Under the pieces are notes generated by a model. It was given only the letters and a program-made list of their open reading frames with translations. It made no database searches and was not told the DNA's origin. From a virus (Duplodnaviria; Caudoviricetes): 36,456 bases of DNA. This document shows, piece after piece, positions 6,725 to 16,775 of this stretch (positions are counted from its first letter, which is position 1; each line of letters begins with the position of its first letter). The stretch covers positions 1-36,456 of the IMG/VR virus record IMGVR_UViG_3300038314_000750; one strand, given 5' to 3'. The position numbers were made by a program, and so were the translations under genes.

Positions 6725-9700
6725 TTAGAACGCAGAATCAAAAGCGTTCTTATTTTTCTTTTGCTCTGAAGCATAAGGAACAACGTTATGTTGTTTAAGG
6801 TAATTTAACATAGCTTCAGCTTGATTTTCTTGTTCAAATTCTCGATTATCTTTTTCAGATTCAATATCAACAGACCTAACTGGCACACCACCAACGTATC
6901 TTGAAGCCCTCCATTGAAGAGGAATATCCTCATCTGAAACTCCCTTTAGAGTAGAAAAATATCTACCAATAAACGATTGAAGGAAGTGTAATCTTTTAGC
7001 ATCTATCTCGTATCTTTTAAGGAATACAATTTCCTCTGTATTAGACCAATCCCTATAAGAAACCTCTCTGTAGTTGAGATACTTCTTAATTGGACCAGGT
7101 AAAAACTTCAAAGCATCAGTTGTCTTCTTGGTCTGCATTTCTCTAGGAACTTCTGGGTTCCAAATATCTCCACCAAAATAGAAGTTTCTATTCATAAATC
7201 TTTCAATAGGATATTTAAGGAATGGAGTTAATGTTGAAGCAATTTCTCTAATACCATTTGAAGAGATAGGAAGCATGTTAATATCTTCTACTGGTAGGTC
7301 TAATTGAGCCCATAAACTACGACCCAAATCATCCTTTAGTTTAGTTGGGAATACTAACGATTCTTTCATCCAATCTGGTAAGCTCTTAAACTCTTCTTCG
7401 GCAGTAGCGTCAAAGAGAGATTTCCTTGTCTTTTCTAGTCCAGCATATTTTCCAGGTTGCTTCATCATTTGCTGAAGCTGAAGTGGGATGTTGTTTCTAG
7501 TCCAAGTATAGAAAGGTATCAATCTCTTCATTACATTTCTTTCAAATGGAGCTAATCCAGTTTCAGGAATGTAATCAAAGTGAAACTTAAAGGAATCCTT
7601 AGCTGCTTCAGCTGGGCTGTAACCCTTTTTGAGACGGTTAATAAATATTGGAAGTCGTAATCTATTCTCTACTTGTTCCATCATCCAACGAGGAGCATTA
7701 CTAGCACCAAGACCAGCTCTCTTGATTTTACTTTTAGTAATTAGGTCTACATGTTTATCAATCTGCCTAGCTACATCCATCATTCCAGGCTGGTCTTTTA
7801 CACCAAACCTTCCAGCTAAATCTAATACCTGTTGACCAGTGTACTTTGTTCCTATCTTTGTTCTTATTGCTATTTTCTTTTTTGTTTTTGGTTTTTTAGG
7901 GTCTTTTGATTTTAGGTATTTAACTTTCCCTACCCCCTTAGTTGCTTGGTTGTAGATGTCTGTTAGTTGGGATTTGGTTGGTCTTTTAGACAAGACTTCA
8001 TTAAACAAATCTTTAATTGGATTTATATTTTTGTTTATTTTTTTAGTATTCCATATTAAATACTCTCCTCCATTGTCCTTAAATCCATCAAATCCTTGTT
8101 CCTTTGCTTTTTTAACAAAACTACTTAACCCACCAGTTCCCTGTTTAATATCTTGCATCGCAGATGTATCAATGTCTTTTAGTTTTAATCCTTTAGTATC
8201 AACAGCTAAAATGTTATTACCAGTTCCTTTTCCTCTTCCCATTTTTCTATACATATCTGCAGTGCCAAAACTATCTGTAAAATGAACACCACTATTCCAG
8301 CCACTACCACCTTTAAAGCCTTCTTTAAGAATATTATCACCACTATTAGTGCCATGAAAAATTTTTCCCTTTATTAAATTAGTAAGAGCATCTTTTTCGG
8401 ATTCAGAAAACGCATAATCAGCTTTTATACCAATGTCTTTGAAAAATTTACTCTCTATATCACTCAATGGCTTACCTTGTGCCTTCACAAACTCCTCTGC
8501 ACTCTTATACTTCCTTGCTTCTTTGGCTAATGGTTGTGTTGGAAGTTCATCTGCTTCCTTTATAATCTTACCTATAATTGGGTCATCAACACCATGTAAA
8601 ATCTTCTCAGCATCCTTATAGTCAACCAGTTTAACTCCAGCTAACCAGTTATTAAAAAATCCACCAATAAAGTTTCTAGTGTGAAAGGCTGGAAACATTC
8701 CAGTAACATTAACCTTCCAAATATTTAATGCTTTATCGTAGGCTTTGAGTAATCCTCTGGTTGTCTCCTCATTAGAAAGAAACTTCATAGTATCTTCAAC
8801 ATGTTCAACAATCGGCTTTGGAAGCAACCAACCTTGTAGGTTGGGATTTGTTGATTCAACTAATTCAATTCCCTCATCCGTAAGCCTACTTGCGTTCTTG
8901 TCCATCCTAACACCAAACCTAGCTTTAGTTTGTTCTAAGAACTTATGAGTGTTAGCAAATTTAATATGCTCTACCTTTCTCATAGCCCAAGACTTGAACA
9001 GGTTCTCCTCAAAGAATTGCTCGACTCCGTGCTTCTCTTTCATGTACTTATTAACCTCTTCAATAGTAGCAGGTGTTGAGTCAACAATCTTTCCAGATTT
9101 GGTTGAGTAAGCAAACTCAGCCTTAATACCAGTCTCACCGTATTCTTTAATTTGTTTAAAAAGTGGCACTCCCTCTAAATTACTGAGAGCTTTAACTGTT
9201 TTAGGAAACGCCTTTGCAGCAAGTTCTGGGTTTCTCTGAATAACCCCAGCAGCATGAGCTAATAATTCGGTTGGCTTTCTATAATATACTTGCTTCTGAC
9301 TAGATAACGTCTTGAAATCAACAGGAATACTTTTAAGAATAGATTTCCATTCTTCTCTTGCTGCAGTTTTAGCTCCATCCAACAACTTACCAGCCTTAAC
9401 AAACCTACCTTGTTTGCTAAAGGTTTCTATCATATCTAACATTCCTGCTACATGCATCTGACCACCATGTGCCATTTCGTGTCTCAAGGTTTCTAATAAC
9501 CTAGGAAATGGTACTTTAGCAGCAACTACTAATTTCTTTTTAAATGGGTCTAAATAACCCCAAGCACTACCCCTTTTAACTGCTTCTTGTGCTTTAAATT
9601 CAAGACTAAATCCATATTCTTTTAATATCTTAGTAACATCATCAATGGATTTAAGCTCACCAATATCCATTTGCTTACTTAATCCCCTAGCAACCTCTAA

Positions 9701-10897
9701 CCTCCTTAATCCTAAAGTCTTCGCTGTCCCGATTATTGACTTACCAGTTTCATCAGTAAACTTTAAAAATTTCCTTTGTATTGATGGGTCTAATTTGGTT
9801 CTTAATGGCTTAGGAAGAGCAGCAAGAAAATTATCAGTTTTATCAATAAACTCTCTAGCCTCTGGAGTTAAGTAATGTCTTACGTAATTACTAACCTCAC
9901 CAATCTTCTTCCCAGTACCCTTCTCAATTTTAAGCATCTGGTCTCTATCTCTTTGATACGCCTTAATAACAGTATCCAGAAACTTATCTCCAGAGAAATC
10001 ACCCTTTTCAGTAATGTAGGATAATTTCTTACCAACATCCTTACCGTATCTTTTAACGGCTTCATCTGAAATCTTTTTAAGTTCATCGGTTTCTTTAAAT
10101 ATTTTAAATCTTGTTTCCCTTGAAAAGGGCTTATAAAGGAAATCAGTATAAAGTCCCTTACCGCCAACTCTAGCAGGTAGTTTGTCTATCTCTCTAAAGG
10201 GAACAAAAGCTCTAGCTACCCCACCACCAATCTTACCAGCCCTACCAGCTCCTGGAAGCATACCAAGAACCTTTCCAGCCTGTTTAAATCTTTGAGCAGG
10301 AATAAATACTTGTCCCATAAATTTGAGACCTTCTTTCCCAACGTACTTTTCGGCTGCTTTTTCTCCACCTTCTTGAATTAGCTTAGCCATCGCCCTTCTA
10401 GCTGCTGCATCTGAAGCACCCTTCTCTATCATTGTCTTCATTACTTTTCTTCCAGCCTTAGTGATACCCACCTGACCACCTTTTGTTGCTAGTTTCATAA
10501 CTCCAGCAGTTCCGAAGGTTACGTAAGTAATAGGGTCAAGTAAAATATCAATAGCTAAAGAAGCTGCATTTCTTTTAGAGAAGAACTTCCGTTCTTCTTC
10601 TCTATCTTTAAGAATAACCTCTGATGGGCTTATCTTTTCTCTAATCCCAGTAATTGGGCTCTTGCCAGAAAGAATACCACCTATAGCGTATTCACCAGTT
10701 CTTAGTACGTTCAAGGTTCCAGTAAGAACATTAAGAAATTTCTTTCCTAACAAAGACCATCCTTTTTCTTTTGGAACCTCATAACCAAGTTCCTCTACTG
10801 TTTGTAGATTAGTTGCTGCTGTTGTTTTTCTACCACCAAGACTATCAAAAGCATTTTGCCTAGCAGTAGAACCTGCTGAATCAAAAGCGTTAGCCAT
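6725..10897 (-). CDS. large internal virion/DNA ejection polyvalent protein with zincin (HEMAH) and ART-like domains
   Basis: 1390 aa, last gene of podovirus-like structural block; DILLDPITYV and FHTRNF/LIPFYTW segments typical of ejection proteins; LRHEMAH...PTELLA; FHGT...GVHFT...GFDG...EY. Confidence 0.75.
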   Translation of the reverse strand: MANAFDSAGSTARQNAFDSLGGRKTTAATNLQTVEELGYEVPKEKGWSLLGKKFLNVLTGTLNVLRTGEYAIGGILSGKSPITGIREKISPSEVILKDREEERKFFSKRNAASLAIDILLDPITYVTFGTAGVMKLATKGGQVGITKAGRKVMKTMIEKGASDAAARRAMAKLIQEGGEKAAEKYVGKEGLKFMGQVFIPAQRFKQAGKVLGMLPGAGRAGKIGGGVARAFVPFREIDKLPARVGGKGLYTDFLYKPFSRETRFKIFKETDELKKISDEAVKRYGKDVGKKLSYITEKGDFSGDKFLDTVIKAYQRDRDQMLKIEKGTGKKIGEVSNYVRHYLTPEAREFIDKTDNFLAALPKPLRTKLDPSIQRKFLKFTDETGKSIIGTAKTLGLRRLEVARGLSKQMDIGELKSIDDVTKILKEYGFSLEFKAQEAVKRGSAWGYLDPFKKKLVVAAKVPFPRLLETLRHEMAHGGQMHVAGMLDMIETFSKQGRFVKAGKLLDGAKTAAREEWKSILKSIPVDFKTLSSQKQVYYRKPTELLAHAAGVIQRNPELAAKAFPKTVKALSNLEGVPLFKQIKEYGETGIKAEFAYSTKSGKIVDSTPATIEEVNKYMKEKHGVEQFFEENLFKSWAMRKVEHIKFANTHKFLEQTKARFGVRMDKNASRLTDEGIELVESTNPNLQGWLLPKPIVEHVEDTMKFLSNEETTRGLLKAYDKALNIWKVNVTGMFPAFHTRNFIGGFFNNWLAGVKLVDYKDAEKILHGVDDPIIGKIIKEADELPTQPLAKEARKYKSAEEFVKAQGKPLSDIESKFFKDIGIKADYAFSESEKDALTNLIKGKIFHGTNSGDNILKEGFKGGSGWNSGVHFTDSFGTADMYRKMGRGKGTGNNILAVDTKGLKLKDIDTSAMQDIKQGTGGLSSFVKKAKEQGFDGFKDNGGEYLIWNTKKINKNINPIKDLFNEVLSKRPTKSQLTDIYNQATKGVGKVKYLKSKDPKKPKTKKKIAIRTKIGTKYTGQQVLDLAGRFGVKDQPGMMDVARQIDKHVDLITKSKIKRAGLGASNAPRWMMEQVENRLRLPIFINRLKKGYSPAEAAKDSFKFHFDYIPETGLAPFERNVMKRLIPFYTWTRNNIPLQLQQMMKQPGKYAGLEKTRKSLFDATAEEEFKSLPDWMKESLVFPTKLKDDLGRSLWAQLDLPVEDINMLPISSNGIREIASTLTPFLKYPIERFMNRNFYFGGDIWNPEVPREMQTKKTTDALKFLPGPIKKYLNYREVSYRDWSNTEEIVFLKRYEIDAKRLHFLQSFIGRYFSTLKGVSDEDIPLQWRASRYVGGVPVRSVDIESEKDNREFEQENQAEAMLNYLKQHNVVPYASEQKKNKNAFDSAF

Positions 10898-10898
10898 A

Positions 10899-12428
10899 TT
10901 AGTTAAACGTAGGACTTACTAATTCAGGTAAACCATCTCCTGGACTAAGGAAGAATTGTTTCCCAGCTTCTCGACCCCTTTTCTCTGCTGCTTCTTCAGC
11001 CAGTGCTTCTGGGGTTTCAGTTAATATTCTATCTGGGTCTAACCCACCATAAGGGTCAAAGGAAGTGGTAGATGGTTGTTGTGGAGATGGTGGTAATAAG
11101 TTCTGAGGAACTGGCTCATCAAATTGTTCAGCAGTAATTAATCTAGCTCTATCTTTATTTATTATATTTTGAGACAAGGTAACCTCATCTAAAACTTCTT
11201 GATAAGTTCTGTCTTGTCCTTGTAATCCTCTAATAACAGCTCTAAGTTCATCATCCTCGTAAACCCTTACATCTGGGTCATCTGGGTCTCTTCGAAGAGC
11301 CTTTACTGCTTGAGCATTAGTTAGAGCAATTCCAGCTCTTTCAGCTGCAAGTTGTAATTCTCTTTCCTCACTAGCTAGTGGAGCAACTAATTCAGCATAT
11401 TCTGCCTTTACTTCATCTAAGGTTTTACCAATAATGTTTATGTTTACACCAACTTGAGCAGCTTTAACCATCAATTCAGCCTTTTCATCTTCTTCTTTCT
11501 TCGTTTGTTCTAAAATGTCTCTTTGAACGTCTAGTGTGTTATTTAAGGCATTTTGAGCTTTGGTATCTAACTTATCTATAATGTCCTTATTAATATCAAA
11601 AAACGTTTGTAATTGGTCAAATTCAAATTGTTGGTCAGCCATAGCAGCAGTTACAGCATCCTTGGCAAGGCTTCGTGCTAAAGATATATTGCCCTGTAAG
11701 GCGGCTATAGTGGAGTTCTTAGCATTCAAAGTAGCAGCTACAGCGTTAATACGAGAATTGGCTTGACGTTCAATCCTTGCCTTTCTCCCAGTAACTTCAG
11801 AAATAGTTAGTCCTGGGATACCCTCTTGAGCCAGCATAGACTGGTCTCTTTGAGCAGTGAGAGTGTTTAATTGGTCTTGTAGTGGGATAGTATCCTGAAT
11901 AAGTGTATTTATCTGTGCTAGATTTGTTGGAATGCCAAGTTCTTTCTGTTGTTCTGTTAAAATGGCTGCCTGTGATTGTCTTTGGGTAAAGAAATCTTTT
12001 ATGCCAGTGACAACGCCTTTTTGTTCTTTGCGAGCTTCTTCTAGTTCTTTTTGTAACTGTTCAGTTTGTTGCTGAAAGAAATCAAACTGCCCCTGTAATC
12101 CCTTACTAGTGTCTAATGCCCCCACACCAGTATCTGCCAATTCTCCTGTGGGCATTTGTAATTCTGTCTGATTCAACATCTCTGGGGTAAGAACATCTGC
12201 TTCTCTTGGGTCATCTGGAAACAATCTCTCTGTTCCAGGAAGTCTTACGCCTAATTTTCTTGCTTCTTCTTGTCCAATGTCCTGAACAACGCTAAAAGCC
12301 TCTTCTGGAGTTTTTGCTCCAGTGAGTTCCATTAGATGTTTAGGGTCTCTAACGGGACCTCCCTCTGCCCCTATTTCAAAAACCTTTCCAGGAGTTTGGC
12401 TTGTTGGTATTCTAACAAATTTAGCCAT
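10899..12428 (-). CDS. putative internal virion (ejection) protein, coiled-coil
   Basis: 509 aa, Q/A/E-rich helical; position between tail genes and large ejection protein. Confidence 0.6.
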   Translation of the reverse strand: MAKFVRIPTSQTPGKVFEIGAEGGPVRDPKHLMELTGAKTPEEAFSVVQDIGQEEARKLGVRLPGTERLFPDDPREADVLTPEMLNQTELQMPTGELADTGVGALDTSKGLQGQFDFFQQQTEQLQKELEEARKEQKGVVTGIKDFFTQRQSQAAILTEQQKELGIPTNLAQINTLIQDTIPLQDQLNTLTAQRDQSMLAQEGIPGLTISEVTGRKARIERQANSRINAVAATLNAKNSTIAALQGNISLARSLAKDAVTAAMADQQFEFDQLQTFFDINKDIIDKLDTKAQNALNNTLDVQRDILEQTKKEEDEKAELMVKAAQVGVNINIIGKTLDEVKAEYAELVAPLASEERELQLAAERAGIALTNAQAVKALRRDPDDPDVRVYEDDELRAVIRGLQGQDRTYQEVLDEVTLSQNIINKDRARLITAEQFDEPVPQNLLPPSPQQPSTTSFDPYGGLDPDRILTETPEALAEEAAEKRGREAGKQFFLSPGDGLPELVSPTFN

Positions 12429-12433
12429 AATTA

Positions 12434-12922
12434 TTACCGCTTATATTCTTCTACGAAAATGTATTCCATTATTAACATAATTTCACCTGTGCCAGTTTTG
12501 CCTCCTGCTGAAGCAAAAACAACTGTATCACCTGTGCTTATATCTCTTTTAAGTAGAGTAAGTTTAGTAGAGTCCCATAAAGTTTGAGATACTAAAGAAG
12601 TGCCTGTAAAATAATAATCGTCATCATCTGTGGTGGAGTTCATCTTGCCTATCTTGATAGTTATACCCGCATCAGCTGATGTTTCTTCTGTATAAAGCAC
12701 ATAAACCCTAGTTATTTCTGCTGCCCGTTCTGTATGAAAAACTACCAAAGTTTCTGCCCCCCCAGATAAATCAACTGCTGTAGCTGTTCTTACTATTAAG
12801 GTAGGTCTATTTAATAAATCTTCAAACTTATTCTTTGGAGCATTAATCCCATTGTGAGGAGGATTCTTTTCTATAATTGGTGGTCTTATAGCTTTTTCTG
12901 TGATTGTTTCTATTTTAGTCAT
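12434..12922 (-). CDS. putative virion structural protein
   Basis: 162 aa beta-rich, within structural operon. Confidence 0.55.
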   Translation of the reverse strand: MTKIETITEKAIRPPIIEKNPPHNGINAPKNKFEDLLNRPTLIVRTATAVDLSGGAETLVVFHTERAAEITRVYVLYTEETSADAGITIKIGKMNSTTDDDDYYFTGTSLVSQTLWDSTKLTLLKRDISTGDTVVFASAGGKTGTGEIMLIMEYIFVEEYKR

Positions 12923-14628
12923 TATAATAAAGGTTCAGAGATTGTTTCATAAATTATGTCTAAATCGCTTAAAACTGGCTGCCCGCTTGTAGTTCTAATT
13001 TCTATTTTAATTAATAACTTTCTAAACTCTGGATGGTCTGGGCAGTCAATAAAAATATTATCTCCAGATGTTATATTTGTAACATCAATCTTAAACTTCT
13101 TAAATTTTTGAATGAATAAACGAGTCTCGGTTGGATTATTAACAGCCATATTACTATCTAATGTATATACATAAGGGTCGCCAGAAACATCTACCGATGT
13201 AATTCTTCTAATATATCCAGCATTGCTCCCATTTAATACCATAATTTCGTCTCCCTCAGCTCCTAATGGATTATCTCCACTATCTGTTGATGATTTATCT
13301 ATTGATACTTTATTTTTAACTGATTCATTTCCATCCTGCTGAGCGTACCCCCACAACAAGGTGTCAAACACATAATAACTTGCTAAAACATCTACATCAA
13401 ATTTTGATGTGTCTGCCCTTTGCCAAGGATTAATCTTAAACTTAACCCCTTTAAGAATACTTTTTTCATCAGAGATAATTGGCGAAATATAATATGCTGC
13501 TAATGTAGGAGCACTCCCTATGTTGAATTTATCTAAACTTCCCTTATTCCCAGTTGCATCCTGTTGTGAACCTATCAGAATTTGTCGCCTACTACCCAGA
13601 CGAGGAACAGATAATGCTTTTACCCCATAAGAAGTGCTACTAATATACCTCTCTTCAGAAGCTAATGGACTTACAAAATATCCAAAATTAGTTTTTAAAT
13701 CATAACACCATAAACCTGGCATCTTTCTATTAAAAGCACTATTATTGCTTCCAAAATAAATCTTACCACCTACCACTATTATAGTATTATCTTGAATTTG
13801 TGTGTTTACATCAGTATCTCCTGTATCTGGTGTTTCAAATAACAAAGTTGGGGGGTATGAAGTAATATCGTATAAATGACCATCTGAAAGAATGGCGAAT
13901 ATCCTATTATTATGATTTAACAATGACATTACTGCTTGATTAAACTGATAGATAGCACTTGGTTCGTCTGAAACAACATCCCACTCAAACACAGCACCAA
14001 TATTATTTCTATTAGCTGCTATAAGAGCTTTACGATAATCATATCCAGCTTGTGTAATAGATTTAATAACATAACCAGGTGGTAAGGTTAGAGCACTTGC
14101 TGTGAACGACCCCGCCCCGCCTCCACTTGTATCAATTCTCGCTACGATATTTCCATCGCCCCACAAAACATAAGCTTGAACTAAAGCTGCTGGGTGATAA
14201 ACTCCTGCATCTCCATTTGTAAAAGAATAAGATGGGTCTGTCCAAACCCTTGGGGCAGCAGCTGTCCAATATTTTAAAGCTGCATCTGAAACAACCCAGA
14301 TAGAATCATTTTGGTCAGCTATCATATTATTACTAAACCCAGAATTATTACCTAATGCTACCCAATCTGATCCTCCAGTCGCAGAACTAAAAATATATGC
14401 ATTATCACATAAAACGAACGCCTTTGTTTCTGTTCTTCCATAAGTAAAATTAACAGGAGTAGTAAAATTAGCAAGAGTTCCTTCTATTTCTGAATTAGTA
14501 ATTTTAGCTATTGCTCCTAATCCCTTTCCGCCATCAACTGGAATCATATTAACAGAATGATAAAATCCACCAATTACTGGTCGGTCATGTATTCCTCTAA
14601 AATCTCTAATTTGTAATTTTTTAAGCAT
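12922..14628 (-). CDS. tail tubular/nozzle (head-closure) beta-propeller-like protein
   Basis: 568 aa, IRDFRG N-terminus, repeated beta-strand/W-D patterns, syntenic with P22 gp10 / T7 gp12 position. Confidence 0.6.
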   Translation of the reverse strand: MLKKLQIRDFRGIHDRPVIGGFYHSVNMIPVDGGKGLGAIAKITNSEIEGTLANFTTPVNFTYGRTETKAFVLCDNAYIFSSATGGSDWVALGNNSGFSNNMIADQNDSIWVVSDAALKYWTAAAPRVWTDPSYSFTNGDAGVYHPAALVQAYVLWGDGNIVARIDTSGGGAGSFTASALTLPPGYVIKSITQAGYDYRKALIAANRNNIGAVFEWDVVSDEPSAIYQFNQAVMSLLNHNNRIFAILSDGHLYDITSYPPTLLFETPDTGDTDVNTQIQDNTIIVVGGKIYFGSNNSAFNRKMPGLWCYDLKTNFGYFVSPLASEERYISSTSYGVKALSVPRLGSRRQILIGSQQDATGNKGSLDKFNIGSAPTLAAYYISPIISDEKSILKGVKFKINPWQRADTSKFDVDVLASYYVFDTLLWGYAQQDGNESVKNKVSIDKSSTDSGDNPLGAEGDEIMVLNGSNAGYIRRITSVDVSGDPYVYTLDSNMAVNNPTETRLFIQKFKKFKIDVTNITSGDNIFIDCPDHPEFRKLLIKIEIRTTSGQPVLSDLDIIYETISEPLL

Positions 14629-14629
14629 A

Positions 14630-14707
14630 TTACTTAATAACCGTTATCATTAAAATTATTATCCCTATTATTATAAATGCTATTAAAGATATTTTATCTG
14701 TGTTCAT
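14630..14707 (-). CDS. tiny membrane peptide (25 aa)
   Basis: MNTDKISLIAFIIIGIIILMITVIK; ATGA overlap with upstream gene and fills the gap exactly. Confidence 0.45.
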   Translation of the reverse strand: MNTDKISLIAFIIIGIIILMITVIK

Positions 14708-15947
14708 TCTGAATCTATCCATATTATACCTGTGGTTGATTTAGGGTCATCTGTTGGAGGCGCTGCTGAATATGTAACTGTTAATTGTGGATCATCAGCT
14801 GTTCCGCCCTCTTCTGAAGACCTGATATTACAATCCGCTTCATCTGAACCATCTGTTGGCTCTACATCGTCTATATCTAAATCCCCCCACCTTAATCCTA
14901 AACAAGTCCAGCCAGTATCCGTGCCGCAAGCGCTTGCTTCTCCTGAACCAACAACCCAGCCCCGACCAGTAGCATCAAGTGTAAATTGAAAATCACCAGT
15001 TGCGTTAACAGTAACCCTAGAAGCTCCTTCTGTCGGGGTGGTGGTTGCTGATGGATTGTTAAAATCTTCTATTACTAAATTTGTTTCATCTGCTTGGGTG
15101 CCTTGAATTAAACCTATATCGTGCGAACCATTATGTTGTGTGCCCGATACAGTATTAACCGTAATATCCAAAGTCGCTGCTGAAACTGTTGAACCTCCTG
15201 CCATTGCGACAGTATCAAAGGGTATAAGTATTCTATTAATATAAGACAGGTCAGCTCCCGCTTTAAGGGATTGAAGAAACATCTCGGCGCCAGTATAATC
15301 CAAATCATCTGCGGTAGAATTATCATGAGCAAGAGCCCAAGTAGCCTCAGCCGCCCGCCTCATACTTCCATCACCCGAACCAGAAAAGGGGTTAATACTA
15401 TCTGCGTGAGCTGTTTTGAAGAGCCATTGTCTTAATCTGCTAATCAGTGGAACTTGCGCGTTAAAAGCGTCTATTGTAGTTGTGGCGACTTCTGTCTGAT
15501 ACCACTTATCCCCGTCATCATAAAAAGGAAATCCTGAATAAAAAGCTATTGTTTGTTGGCCGTCATTCCTATCAAAGACCCTATGGTTATATCCCCGCTT
15601 GTCTACATTTTCTACTTCATTCCCATTAAAATTATGTTCTACCAATACCTTACCATTAAACTCTTCCGATGATTTATTGGTTTTAAGCTCTACATCAGCA
15701 TAAGTATATTGGATAATCTTTCCCTTGTTTTCAAGCGTGCCGTTTTCGTGCCATACTTTCCAGTCAATTTCTTTATTATATAAAATCTTCTCTTTAGTAG
15801 CTTTTAGAATATGAGCTTCTGGGATTTTATCACCAAACTTTACCCCCCCCCCCATTCAATTAATTCTTTGAATGAAGGGTCATAAGAAAGATAAAAAACT
15901 CCTGTCACTATAACACCTACTATTAAAATTGATAATAATATTTTCAT
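14704..15947 (-). pseudogene. secreted tail-region/surface protein, frameshifted at a G11 tract (35-aa signal ORF 15840-15947 plus 383-aa ORF 14704-15855)
   Basis: MKILLSILIVGVIVTGVFYLSYDP... stops immediately after G11; G12 or G9 would join it in frame to VKFGDKIPE...; C-terminal half resembles DNRLRE-like beta-sandwich (RILIPFD, VSAATL, PQLTVTY). Confidence 0.65.
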
Positions 15948-15956
15948 ATTAGTCAC

Positions 15957-16775
15957 TTATTCTATCCATATTATACCTGTTTTTGATTTGGGGTCATCTG
16001 TTGGCGCAACTCCCTCATAATAATCTTCTATTTCAGTAGCTGTTCTTGTTTTGTTTGAAAATCTAATTTCATCCATTCTACCATCAAGAGGACTGCCGCC
16101 AGCGTTATTTTCACCAAAAACAAGAATACTGGTTGTATCTCTAACACCATTGGCTGTTATTGTACTAGTAGAACCCATTTGTTGCCCATTAACATACCAT
16201 TTACCTTCATTAGCAGTATTATCAAAAGTAGCTACTAAATAATACCACTGTCCCGTAGATGGACTTGGACTCCAAGTAGCACCAATACCTTCTAATGTTG
16301 ACCCATCATATACATTCAAAGTTAAACTATATGTTCCAGCTGAATTTAATAAATAGAACAGATATGCTTCTTGTCCTCCACCCCATTTTGATATTGGGTC
16401 AATTTCTGTCCCAGAACTAGGCAAAGCATCAAAATATATCCAAAACTCTATTGAGAAATCCTGATTAGGAAAAGATACATTAGCATGGTCAGCCGCTGTT
16501 ACAGAATGATTAGAAGCTGGTGTAAAATCATAAGAGCCGTTAGATGCTCCGTCAAATCCATTAACTGCTCCAGGTGTGTTCACCTCTGTTAAGTCAATAG
16601 CTGATGTTCCTTCAGCATTATCTTTTTTAGCGGCTGAACCAACCGTTCCGTTCATGTGCCACAAAGCTAAAGTATCCCCATCTACTGTAAATTCATCCAG
16701 AGCGGCACTTGACAAGTTTTGAACACTAAAAGTAAATGAGATTATTACTAAAATTGTTATAATTGCCTTCCTCAT
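15957..16775 (-). CDS. LamG/concanavalin A-like lectin domain protein with signal peptide
   Basis: ALWHMN, DFSIEFWI, GQWYYLVATFD, WYVNG, LDGRMDEIRFSN; N-terminal MRK plus hydrophobic stretch. Confidence 0.85.
   Translation of the reverse strand: MRKAIITILVIISFTFSVQNLSSAALDEFTVDGDTLALWHMNGTVGSAAKKDNAEGTSAIDLTEVNTPGAVNGFDGASNGSYDFTPASNHSVTAADHANVSFPNQDFSIEFWIYFDALPSSGTEIDPISKWGGGQEAYLFYLLNSAGTYSLTLNVYDGSTLEGIGATWSPSPSTGQWYYLVATFDNTANEGKWYVNGQQMGSTSTITANGVRDTTSILVFGENNAGGSPLDGRMDEIRFSNKTRTATEIEDYYEGVAPTDDPKSKTGIIWIE

Noticed and set aside
6725-10897. Intein or virion RNA polymerase within the 1390-aa protein
   Set aside because: No C/S...HN intein ends or LAGLIDADG motifs, and no recognisable RNA polymerase catalytic motifs
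4892-15876. Diversity-generating retroelement (A-only mismatches between the two 38-nt copies)
   Set aside because: Only 38 nt with three changes, all to G; no reverse transcriptase or Avd in the window; the site is near a gene's 5' end rather than in a C-terminal variable region
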